A stretch of DNA of 41,802 bases from Octopus bimaculoides (Eukaryota): positions 71,471,877-71,513,678 of the forward strand of contig NC_068986.1 in assembly GCF_001194135.2 (NCBI RefSeq), in the 5' to 3' direction. Under the pieces are notes generated by a model. It was given only the letters and a program-made list of their open reading frames with translations, was not told the origin of the DNA and did not search any database. Position 1 is the stretch's first letter. Every line of letters starts with the position of its first letter. A program made the position numbers and the translations under genes. Below are positions 22,830-33,460 of this stretch, in pieces.

Positions 22830-23207
22830 TTGGCGATGCCCTAATCAACCAGCCTACGGGACGAAAAATGGGAGATGAGCATTGATATACCCCTCATCAA
22901 AATACAAATTGTAAAAAGTAACACAATCGCTACTGTAACAAGCAGCAGCAGCAAAAGCTATAGCAGCAACAGCAGCGGCAGCAGCAGCAGCGGCAGCAGC
23001 AGCGGCAGCAGCAGCTCCAACAACAACAAGAACAACAATAATAGCAACAAAAACAAAAGAATGGACGTTGGCAGTAATACCACTGCTTCCACATGCAGCA
23101 GCAGCAGCACCACCACCACCACCACCACTACCACCATTATCACTACTGCCACCACTACCACTTCCACCATTATCACTACTGCCACCGTCACCTTCACCAC
23201 CACCACC

Positions 23208-23239
<32 letters not shown>

Positions 23240-25250
23240 CAACCCCACTACCGATGAGAACGACAAAAGTAAAGAAAAGAAATGCTACAATAACAATAAC
23301 AACATGCTAAACAAAGAGATCAGCATCCTATTAAACACCACCATTAGCATTATCATTCCAGCAGCCGACAGTTATACAGTGGCAACAGAATTAGTTTCGT
23401 TGCTGCCGTTACCACTTCAGCGATAAAATATTCAGCTCCCCTATTAAAAAACAAAGACGTCATCACCACCAGTATACCCAGTCACCCCGTCAGCAATCAA
23501 AGAATATATAATCAAGCATCTGCGAAAACTAGATCATTTTTAAAAGCCACAAGGGCATCAGAGGAGTTTGATTTAAAAATGGAAGACATTTCGCAGACGA
23601 AATGTTTGATATTAGCACAAACTGGAAAAAAAAAAAAAAGAAAAAAAACATAGGAAAAAATGTAGATGAGTGCAAATGCCAAAGGGAGTCCATTCATGAC
23701 AGTCACTATGGTGCAGTTGAAATTAAATTCCCCAGGGACATTAAGGTAAAAATCCACTCAGTGGCCTCTCTTAAAAATTAGGAATTAATCCTGATATAGT
23801 TATACAGACACATGTTGAAGGTAAGAGTGGTAGACGTGTCACCAGATATAAACATCAGCTCGTTGGTCGCAGTCGTTTGGGCCAACTTTGAAGATGTGAT
23901 ACATATATTAGAAGTGCGTGAGCCACGCAAGGAAAACTGGTTGGCGATATGAATGCAACTTTGGGTCGGAGCAGATCAGCAGAAAATCGAAACTATCACT
24001 GATCTCGTTTCATATGCCAGAGGACCATTGATAAGTAAATCAAGTAGAGGGCGAAATGCAAAATTTACGCATCAGCAGTAACAATAAAGCCTACAACAGT
24101 CAGATCAGTAGCGGCTCCAAAAACTGACAATGGCTACAGTAGCAGCAACAGCTGCAAAATCAGCAGTAACAAAAGATACAGCAGCACGAAATAAAGCTGC
24201 AAAAGAACCTGCATGACAACAACTACAAGAAGACAAACAATGTCAACATCAGAAACCCCCAACACAACACAAGACGTACTCCTCCCCCTTCAGATCACTC
24301 TATTATGTCCTGCAATGAAGGCGATAAAGATGAATAGAAAACCGTTGTTTGTAAGACAGGAGAAAAAAAAAAGAAAAAAGACAAAACAGATAGGCCCTCA
24401 CAAAAATTTGAGTGAAGCAAAAGCGAAAACCGGCCTCTTAGCGGCTGGAATTTCATCCTGCACTCGCAGCCCTCTACCAGTCGCGCAATGCTATACGCGG
24501 AAATTCCACATCGGCATTTTATGGGGGATTAGTGCTTATCAAAACTAACGATATTCTCAAGGACAGTCTTGGCGTCAACGAAAATCAACTGGCTGGTTCA
24601 TTCCGGGTTTATTTGCGGGTTAAATCCCATGCATAATTCCCAGAAGTCCTTGTTAGGATAATGCTACCGTGGTCATTGTTGGTTTGAGATAAACTCCACA
24701 GCTATGGAAGTACCACCGGCGGAGCCTGTTTGAGAATCGTGCAGAGCAATGAATCCGCTCTGCTCTCTCTCTCGTCCAGTGCCGAAGCATTAGTGACAAG
24801 GGAACTTATGTTGAGCAGCTGTTGTCATGTGTGAAAAGGGTTCAGGAATGGGCTCATCTGAGTCCATTGTGGAGATCTTCCTACTGTCTTCCTTTTGCTG
24901 GGAAAAGCAGGCAGTTTTTATCTATTTGGTGGCTGTGGACTTGATAGATGTGTTTGAAGACACACTTTCCCTTCTGCCTAAGCCTTCAACATATTCTCGT
25001 TTCACTTCATAGGAAAGTGAGCATAGAGATGGAAGTATACTTCCCAGTAAATTTGTTCAAAAGTGGATGGAAGTGGTGAGCACGGTCCTAGTGAACAGAT
25101 TGACTCTGAGCATGCGCTATTAGAACTGGAGGACGGTAACAGACAGAAGGCGCTAGAAGGGTGACCGTTGTTTCACCGTTAGCTCTTTTAGGTCTTCCTC
25201 TATTCGGGGGAATTTTCCATATTTAATATTTTTTGTTACTACAATTTTTT
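22830..25250 (+). mobile_element. L1/Tx1-like LINE copy 2: ORF1 relic joined to the ORF2 C-terminus (EN and RT deleted)
   Basis: YGAVEIKFPRDIKVKIHS and LKVRVVDVSPDINI...ENW are homologous to copy-1 ORF1; from about 24600 NSQKSL..CYRG, RDKLHSYGS, YVEQLLS, SESIVEI, KFVQKWM match the L1/Tx1 ORF2 C-terminal zinc-binding region. Confidence 0.7.
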
Positions 25251-25386
25251 TTTATATTTAATTTACACGCACCCCCACCAACTCTGTGCAATTAGTCCTT
25301 GTAATCTTCACGTTATTGTGTAACTTCTGGTGACTAATGAAGAAACTAATATTACGAGTAATAATAGTGTCATTCTTAAAATACGG

Positions 25387-25587
25387 ATTTCAAATTTTGG
25401 TGCAAGGCCAGCAATTTTGTGGGAAGGAATAAGTCGATTACATCGACACCAGTGCTCAACTGGTACTTATTTTACCGACCTCAAAAAGATGAAAGGCAAA
25501 GTCGACCCCGGCAGAATTTGAACTGAGAACGTACAGACGGACGAAATGCTGCAAAGTATTTTGCCCGGCATGTCAACTGGCTGCCTT
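25387..25587 (-). mobile_element. SINE family A
   Basis: Same head, B box, core and tail as 221-435. Confidence 0.85.
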
Positions 25588-25873
25588 AAGTCATTCAAAA
25601 GTACAACAAAGAAAAGTTACACTAACTGGAAGTAAAATACATATTACATTTTACCTTTGTTTATATCAATATGCAACATGACACATGATTCTGAGTCCGA
25701 AAAATGACTATTAAATAAGGAACTTCGATGAATTGGGTTTCTGTTTTCTCATTTATTTGCTTACTTTTAGTCGATCAGTTAAGAAGTATTCACAATTTAC
25801 TGAGATGTTATTGCTGAGTTTTGAAGAAGCCTCATTAGGGGATCTAACGCTTTGAATCTGTAAAATTTGAATA

Positions 25874-26214
25874 GGTATGACTGTGTGGTTAAGAAGCTCG
25901 CTTTGTAACCCTGTAATTTCAGTTTCAGGCCCACAGCACGGCCCTAGGCCGATCAATGCATTGTTAGTGAATGTCATAATGTCCTTATGTTTGTGTCCTG
26001 TTTTCCCACCATCATAACTTGAAAACTGGTGTTCGTTTGTTTATGTCCCTGTAACTAAGAGGTTCGGCAAAGAAATTGATAGAGTACGGAACAAACGTAA
26101 AAATAATTACAAGGGTCACTTTGGCTCTACTAAAGCCTTCACAGTAGTGCCCCAGCATGGCCGCTGTCCATTGACTGAAACATTCAGTTCATTGACTGAC
26201 TAAGATAAAAGAAT
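25874..26214 (+). mobile_element. tRNA-derived SINE family B, degraded
   Basis: Head ggtatgactgtgtggttaagaagctcgc; tail ccccagcatggccgc...tgactgaaac...gataaaagaat; homologous to 37504-37890. Confidence 0.75.
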
Positions 26215-26299
26215 GGTTCAAACAAATACCAGGTAATATTTGGAGGAGAGAAAAACCAGAGCAGCCAAGCAAGAATAAAAAGTGAGTGAGCTAAGTTTG

Positions 26300-27960
26300 A
26301 ATGAGGAAATTTGATTTTGTTTCATCCGATGAAGATTGCATTGTCGATGTCATGGTGACCATAGCGTAAGCAATAAAATGAAAAAATACTGCAACAGTAA
26401 AAGCAGTAACAACAACAATAGCAACAACAACGAGAACAAGAAGCAGAACGATAAAATGAGGAAAAGCAGTAACCGCGGAAATTAGTACCACTGCCTAGAA
26501 AAAAAACTCCAACACCATTTAAATAGATAGGTAAATGCCTCGCTCATCTGCAAGTTTGCTAAGACACAAAAATACTTGCACACACATTCGCACAGTTTTC
26601 TCTTGTTCACGATTAAAACTTGACATCAGAAACTTCGTCGTGTGAAGTGGGCAGGACGAAACCTTTGTACGTGAAGAGAAAAAAACATTACTGTAACAAA
26701 AGTCAACTCAAATTCAAATGACAAGCCAGGTGAGAGCAGAATACCCGCTATTAAACCAGCCACTCATTAAGGATCAAAATAAATACCAGCAGAAACACTA
26801 ACATCAGAGCCAATATCAACACAAACAATACAGTAATCCCTCGCCATATCGCAGTTCACCTATCGCGGATTATTTAAGCTTACATCAATTCCTCCGTGGT
26901 GTTGTTTTGTATTTATAATAAAACAAATATATACAAATTATAAAAATAATTTTAAAAATACAGTGCAGTACTGTTTCTACTTCGCGGATTTTCACCTATC
27001 TTCGGGGGTTGGGGTTGGGATTGTAACACCTACGATAGTCGAGGGATTAATGTACTCGCAAAAATAGACACCACTACAACTGCAGAGAAGCGAAAAAGCA
27101 CGAAAGCAAAAGTAAATACAAAAACAACAGAAAATAAGCATATATCAAAACTGTCTCCACACCTCTTCACTTTCACTGTTGTTTGGAAGGGAACGGCAAG
27201 TTCATATAAGTGGTTATCGAAAACAAAACAATTCACACAATAGGGGAGGCTTACGAAGATATACCGCCAAAAACACTCCGAGAGAGCTTTGTATTACAAA
27301 CTAAACATATGTGTTCCTTAAAACAAATATCAGGAGGACTTTGAAATTGGGTAAGAATAAATAAATATATATGTAAATAATGGAACCTCAGGGAGGTTTT
27401 TCACTATTGCCTCTCAACCAACGAAAGGATTTAGATCAACAACCCCATTGAAAGACCAATGTGAATGAGCTCTTCAATACTTTTATTTACAAAGATGATT
27501 ATACTTATGTATAAATATATATAGGTTGAGGTCAGCTTAGAAGAAAGATTAGGTCACTAGACACAGACATAGTAGTCGTCAGCAGAACAGAGCTTTCCAG
27601 TGTGTACTGTTGCATCCATCTTTGCCTACTACAAAGCGTACTGCTTTTGTAGTCTGTCAATATTGGGCAAGAGTGCGAAAGAGTTGTTCCGAAAATCTTG
27701 AAAATTGAAGTATATACAGTCATTCTGGATCTAGGTAGAAAGTTGATTGCAGTGGATGTGAGCGGCAGAGAAATATGTTTTTTTCAATCTTATAACCGTA
27801 TATATTCCAAAAAGTTCAGGACAGCCGGAGATCTTCAGGCGTCTAGAAGCTTTCCCGCGATCGTTCTATTCTTTAATACTAATGACATACTGTGGCATTT
27901 TTAACGCAACGCCTTTTAACCAACGCACCGTGTAAATTACTGTTTTTCCTGTCGATTATT
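26300..27960 (+). mobile_element. L1/Tx1-like LINE copy 3: ORF1 relic plus ORF2 endonuclease, interrupted by a MITE
   Basis: Low-complexity ORF1-like tract; KTLRESF resembles copy-1 KIRESF; EN pieces SLDTDIVVVS, ILDLGRKLIAVDVSG, TVYIPK..GQPEIFRRLEAF parallel copy-1 ORF2. Confidence 0.62.
26831..27052. mobile_element. Non-autonomous pogo/Tigger-like MITE (222 bp) with TA target duplication
   Basis: Left TIR CAGTAATCCCTCGCCATATCG; right TIR (reverse complement) CATTAATCCCTCGACTATCG; TA at 26829-26830 and 27053-27054; subterminal cacctatc/cgcggatt repeats. Confidence 0.85.
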
Positions 27961-28016
27961 TCCTTGGGAGCCTGACGTCACTGCTAATGCAGTTGTCCTA
28001 CCATCCGTTCAAAAGA

Positions 28017-28018
<2 letters not shown>

Positions 28019-28062
<44 letters not shown>

Positions 28063-28096
28063 TGTGTGTGTATGTGTGTGTGTGTGTGTGTGTGTT
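28019..28096. repeat. (TG)n microsatellite
   Basis: Directly visible. Confidence 0.96.
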
Positions 28097-28424
28097 TGCG
28101 TGTGTTGCTGTTAAGCTTGTATATTACAGACACCCATTCAATTATATTTGCATCTGGAAATGAGATGGCCTTTGTAGTAATTTTTGTGTCATTGCTGCTG
28201 TTATAATTTTGGGTGTTTTCAACGGATACTGTGTATATGGTGGCAGTCGTAGTAGTGTAAGAGATATGGTTTGTGGCGCTGTTGCCATTGCAGCTTATCT
28301 TCTTCGGATCTCGAATTCTCGCAAAGCACTGGTTCTAATGTCCTCGTTATCGCTATAGTTATTCATTGCTATTGCGCTGTTATTCATTGCTACTGTCATC
28401 GTCCTTTTATTGCTGCTGCTACTC

Positions 28425-28459
<35 letters not shown>

Positions 28460-28502
28460 CTTCTTCTTCTTCTTCTTCTTCTTCTTCTTCTTCTTCTTCT
28501 TC
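28425..28502. repeat. (TTG)n-(TTC)n compound microsatellite
   Basis: Directly visible. Confidence 0.96.
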
Positions 28503-28809
28503 TTTTGGTTACTTGTATCTCGTTATTGTCCTACTATTTTCACACTGTATTGTATGCTAGCGAAATTGATATCTATCTCAATTGTAGCAAATTCTTTTGC
28601 AACACTTGCTACTCACACTTTCTTGCTCTTCTTGTGCTTTTCTTCTTCTATTATTGCGATGGATCAATTCGAATACCTCACTATTTTAAAGAAGAAAACT
28701 TGCGCTTTCTCTCAAATGACTCTCACTGTCAGAGACGTAAGAGCTAGTTCTAATCTGAACCATAATCCTCACGGCCTTTATTTCTTTACCTTCGAGCGTG
28801 CGTAGGCCC

Positions 28810-29390
28810 ATAATAGTTTTGTAATCTTCAGGGGCCATTCAGAATCCCACCCGACGTATGTCATTCCCAGTTACCTTGCCACTCACAAGTTGCATGAACT
28901 GTGCCATAACAGTGAGGACGAATTGCTATCATCGTTGCCAATATCTGTCACAATGACCCTAGCATTGTGCCACCTACCCATAAGTGTAAGTTCAAGAAGG
29001 TGGTTTGCATCACCGTCTCATTCTTAATGCGCACAGCTTACGGGACCGAATTTCTGGTTCTAGCATTCGGTCCCATAAACCTTATCCAAACGATAGAGGA
29101 GCTATCACTCAATATGTCGGCCAGGGATATTTCTTTCTGGAGATCATAATAAAAGCTGGTCCGCTTTTAGCTATACAAAGATACGTGACCTTCCTCCTTT
29201 CTAACACTTGAATAAAATCTCTGGCTCAAGCTTTATATCTTTGGCCACATGACTCTGCCAATTAGATTTCGTCTCTGTTAGGTGATTTATCTTACTAAAT
29301 GCGTCAGTGAAAGAAAGCCTGCTATTCCCATCACTCTCATTGCACGTCGCTCTTTCTAACTGACCAAAAGTGTGCATGCGTTTGAGCATG
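28810..29390 (-). mobile_element. Degraded L1/Tx1-like ORF2 fragment (post-RT region), copy 4
   Basis: Minus-strand pieces NWQSHVAK, LERRKVTYLCIA and GLWDRML...RKLCALRMRR loosely follow NW.....LKGR.EV...IAS and GGLG.P....R..ALRLR. Confidence 0.4.
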
Positions 29391-29454
29391 TGTTGTTATC
29401 CTTGTTCTTTCTGTTGTTGTAAGTCTTAATTGTTTAGTTGTACGTTTTGAATTA

Positions 29455-29681
29455 TCCTCCTCCTCTTTACATTCCACCCCTTCCTCCTCCCCCTCCTCCT
29501 CTTCCTCCTCCTCTTCTTCCTCCTCCTCCTCCTCCTCCTCCCCTTCTTCTTCTTCTTCTTCTTCTTCTTCTTCTTCTTCTTCTTCTTCTTCTTCTTCTTC
29601 TTCTTCTTCTTCTTTTTCTTCTTCTTTTTCTTCTTCTTCTTCTTCTTCTTCTCCTCCTCCTCCTCCTCCTCCTCCTCATCA

Positions 29682-29724
<43 letters not shown>

Positions 29725-29734
29725 CATTATTATT
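29455..29734. repeat. Compound (CCT)-(CTT)-(CCT)-(CAT)-(TAT) microsatellite
   Basis: Directly visible. Confidence 0.97.
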
Positions 29735-29974
29735 AAGTTGGCGAGCTGGCAGAATCGTTAGCGCGCTGGCCGAAATGCTTAGCGGCATTTCGCTCGTCGC
29801 TACGCTCTGAGTTCAAATTCCGTCGAGGTCAACTTTACCTTTCATGCTTTCGTTGTCGACTTTACTTTTCATCCTTTCGAGTTCGATAAAATAAGTACCA
29901 GCTGAACACTGGGGTTGATGTAATCGACTCATCCTCTCCCCCAAATTCCTTCCCTTGTGGTAACATTTGAAAAA
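29735..29974 (+). mobile_element. SINE family A with internal 27-bp tandem duplication
   Basis: ggcgagctggcagaatcgttagc head, gagttcaaattcc B box; core duplicated at 29828-29854 and 29855-29881. Confidence 0.9.
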
Positions 29975-29990
29975 TATTATTATTATTATT

Positions 29991-30550
29991 TTATTGTCTT
30001 AGCACAGCTTCTAACGCTGGAGATATACAACGGTGTCAGCTCTTCACTACCAGTAAACTAAGGTAACATTCCTTATTTTTCGAGCACCATCCGGAGTATT
30101 CAAGCGGTTCCAAGCAGTGATATTTTCTGCAATTGCTCCACTCTTATTGCAGCCCCTATTTGTTCCCTGTGCTTCTCAAGATTTTTACTCACTGTTCTCA
30201 GGGCTCCTACAATTATTGGTACTACTATCACCTTTTTCAGCGACCACAACTGTTTGACCTCCTAAGCTAACCTGTCATATCTATCGAATTTTCTTTCTTC
30301 CTTATCGCATACCTTGTTTTCATCTGAGCATGCTATATCTATCATCCAGCATCGTTTGCTTTCTTTCTCAATTAACACTATGTCTGGTCTGATTTCCTAT
30401 TCTCTATCTTATGGTCGCACTGAATCATAAAATCCCAGAGGATCTTTGCATTATCATTTTTGGTGAGGCCTTCGAGGTTATGTTCGTACCACATTTTTGC
30501 TCTGTCAAGTCCATACTTGTTGCAGTGTCCAATGGACAATCCTTGCTATG

Positions 30551-30553
<3 letters not shown>
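29991..30553 (-). mobile_element. R4/Dong-clade 3' fragment (restriction-like endonuclease domain and 3' UTR)
   Basis: NIARIVHW, IRPDIVLIEKE..CWMIDIAC.DE.KV..KE..K..RYD.L, VVPIIVGAL, QLQKISLLGTA*ILR; (TAA)n on both sides. Confidence 0.9.
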
Positions 30554-30649
<96 letters not shown>

Positions 30650-30653
30650 TATT
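30554..30653. repeat. (TTA)n microsatellite
   Basis: Directly visible. Confidence 0.97.
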
Positions 30654-31313
30654 TACTCTTAATCTTCATGCTTGTCACAATCACTCGCCGAAACACACCC
30701 AACGTCATACGGCGAGAGAAAAATAAGAGATCTTACAGTATGACTGAAAGCTAGGGTTTTTCTAAGGATGTGGGGCGTACTTGTCCGCATAATCTTTTGG
30801 ATTTCTCTGAGGCATGGTTTCCTGGGATATTATCTAGACGTTTCTGACATCCCTTATCATATCAAGGACACCTACGATAACAGGAACAGTTCTCGTATTA
30901 AGACCTCACATCTTTTGTATTTCAATTTCCAGGTCCTTATATTTACTTAATTTGTCAAATTCCTTTACAGATATATTTTTATCAGTGGGAACACTTACAT
31001 TTATTAGTCTACAAGTATTTTCTTCTCTGTCTTTAATGACTATGTCTGGTCGATTAGCCTGGATCGTTCTGTCGGTGTTAACTGGAAAATCCCAGAGGAT
31101 AGTGATATTTTTACCTTCAACGTCTGGCTCAGGCTAATGTTCATACCAGTAAGCAAAATTAGTGATTTTGTAGTGTCTACATGTTTTCCAATATGAATAC
31201 AGTCCTACCCTATCGTGGCAATTTTTGCATTCGTTTGGTGTCAGCACAGGACATCTCGAGACGAGATGGTCTATCGTTTCATCAAATTTATCGCAGAATC
31301 TGTATTTGAAACC
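30654..31313 (-). mobile_element. R4/Dong-clade 3' fragment (CCHC zinc motif and REL domain), a different subfamily from 29991-30553
   Basis: YRFCDKFDETIDHLVSRCPVL, HDRVG, WYEH, ILWDFPVNTDRTIQANRPDIVIKD, VSVPTDKNISVKEFDKLSKYKDLEIEIQKM, VPVIVGVL. Confidence 0.9.
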
Positions 31314-31391
31314 ATTATTATTATTATCATTATTATTATTATTATTATTGTTGTTGTTGTTGTTGTTGTTGTGGTTGTTATCATTATTATT
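31314..31391. repeat. (ATT)n/(GTT)n compound microsatellite
   Basis: Directly visible. Confidence 0.95.
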
Positions 31392-31573
31392 CAGGCGGCA
31401 AGCTGGCGAGATGCTTAGCGGCCTTTCGCCCGTCTCCACATTCTCAGTTCAAATTCCGCCAAGGTCGACTTTGCCTTTCAACCTTTCGGGGTCAATAAAT
31501 TAAGTACTAGTGAAACACTGGGGTCGATGTAATTGACTAGTCCCCTCCCCAAAGTGTCAGGCCTTGTGCCTAT

Positions 31574-31576
<3 letters not shown>
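31392..31576 (+). mobile_element. SINE family A with a deletion in the head
   Basis: aggcggcaagctggc joined to gagatgcttagcgg; B box cagttcaaattcc; intact core and tail ggccttgtgcctatag. Confidence 0.88.
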
Positions 31577-31617
<41 letters not shown>

Positions 31618-31627
31618 TGTTATTGTT

Positions 31628-31669
<42 letters not shown>

Positions 31670-31698
31670 GCTGCTGTTGTTGTTAATATTGTTATTAT
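31577..31698. repeat. (TTA)n-(TTG)n compound microsatellite
   Basis: Directly visible. Confidence 0.95.
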
Positions 31699-32024
31699 GT
31701 GTCAAGAAATGATCATTATTTTCCGTTTGAGTACGTACGCCCTGCTGCTTGGTTAACTATATTCTGGTTTTTGCTCGTTTTCTGTTCTGTTGCATTTTTA
31801 GATGATGTGTTGCGTGAGCTGTGTCATTATTGAAAGAAGATTGTGCAGAGGTTGTGCTGCTGAATATGATGTGATCGCGTAGAAATTGGACTGCGCCGAG
31901 CGGGATTAATTTTGAACTATATGCCCTGATATAGATATTTTGATTCGTTCATGTTTATCATAATAATTTTTTTCTCATTTTGAGCGTGTGGAATAGTATT
32001 TATATGTAACATCTACTATAGTTT

Positions 32025-32352
32025 GTTGTGTTTTGTTTGATATTCTGTTATTATTTTAGTGTTGTATTGGTATTTTGTGCAGAATATAGACTGTATCAGT
32101 TCTGCTATTTTATTGGGTGGTTATTGTACAGCGTACATATTGTGTTAACTGTGTAATANNNNNNNNNNNNNNNNNNNNNNNNNNNNNNNNNNNNNNNNNN
32201 NNNNNNNNNNNNNNNNNNGTTGTGTTTTGTTTGATATTCTGTTATTATTTTAGTGTTGTATTGGTATTTTGTGCAGAATATAGACTGTATCAGTTCTGCT
32301 ATTTTATTGGGTGGTTATTGTACAGCGTACATATTGTGTTAACTGTGTAATA
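32025..32352. other. Identical 134-bp sequence on both sides of a 60-N gap (probable unmerged contig overlap)
   Basis: 32025-32158 matches 32219-32352. Confidence 0.9.
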
Positions 32353-32619
32353 GAATTATATACCTATTGCACAGAATAAATGATGTGGAGGTTGTGCTAT
32401 AATATTGGGTAACGATCGTACTATTTATGTAGGAAGTGTAATACGCAAGTTGTCCTATTGAACTGAAATGTTTTGCAAATAATATGAGATGTTTGTAACA
32501 AGGCTATTATTTGCAGTGTTTGTAAAGTTGTGTATAAACTCTGCCATGGCTTTTGTGTTTTGCTCATGTGCTGTTTTGTGCAATAATTATTAATGGTAGT
32601 TTTCACATTGATTTTTCTG

Positions 32620-32990
32620 TTTCTTACTCCTTAAACTTCGACAATTTCTCACCTTGTTTTCAGGCAACGTTTTCATCAAATGGGACTGTGATGTCTATCA
32701 GAATAAATATATCCTTTTTCATTCTTTGAGTATAATATAAAAGCAAGTAATTTTATTCTGAATAAAAAGGAATGCCTCATAATTATCTTAGCCAGGTTAT
32801 TGCAATGTACTGGGTCTGAAGGATGATTATATCTCTTCTTCTCTGTTTTCACGTAGACGTGTCGGCACAATGTCGATCATGTAAAGTTCCGGGCAACTAG
32901 ATCTAATCAATTGCTTCTTTCTGATGATTGCATAGTCTAAAGCTGATAGTAGTCTCGTGTTTCAATGATTGTTTTTGTAGAGTTTGTCTA
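32620..32990 (-). mobile_element. Older R4/Dong-clade REL fragment
   Basis: SSCPEL, YVKTEKKRYNH, LIDITVPFDENVA*KQGEKLSKFKE. Confidence 0.65.
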
Positions 32991-33360
32991 AGAACAAATC
33001 ACAGGCAACTAAAATCAGACTTTACAGTTTTATTATAAATTCAGAGGCTCTTCAGCCATTATTGGGCTTTAGGCTAACTTACATTCTTTGTGTGTGTGTG
33101 TGTATGTGTGTGTGTGTGTATGCGTATGTGTGTGGTCTTGCAGAATATTGGATACACAGAGTTATTTCACTCCATTTTTTGTTGCTTCTTCATAGCTAAA
33201 AGCGCGATTTCGTTGCCATATGTATATATCGTGCACTCTGTTTCCTTATATGCAGAGATGAGTTTGTCTTGTGCATTCATAATTTACACTTTTATTGCTA
33301 CTACGAATTTTCTACTCCCACTTTATTTTGTGTTCAATATCCATTGGTACAATAGCTTAC

Positions 33361-33460
33361 CTTCCTGAGTTTGAATGTGCTATTAACGAGAGACCTAACT
33401 TGGTCAGATATAAATTCTACAGAGTATTTCAGATTCTTACGTAATTTGTTCGTCTCAAGC
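33361..33460 (-). CDS. Candidate internal exon of an unidentified gene (xLETNKLRKNLKYSVEFISDQVRSLVNSTFKLRK)
   Basis: Acceptor tttgtttgtcatcAG, consensus donor AAG|GTAAGC; 100 nt, open, phase 2 to 0. Confidence 0.4.

Noticed and set aside
22875-23426. 183-aa Ser/Thr/Asn-rich ORF resembling a mucin or low-complexity protein
   Set aside because: Made of triplet microsatellites embedded in a LINE ORF1 relic.
28271-31705. Many poly-L/I/K/R/N/Y ORFs
   Set aside because: All are translations of trinucleotide repeats or antisense TE sequence.
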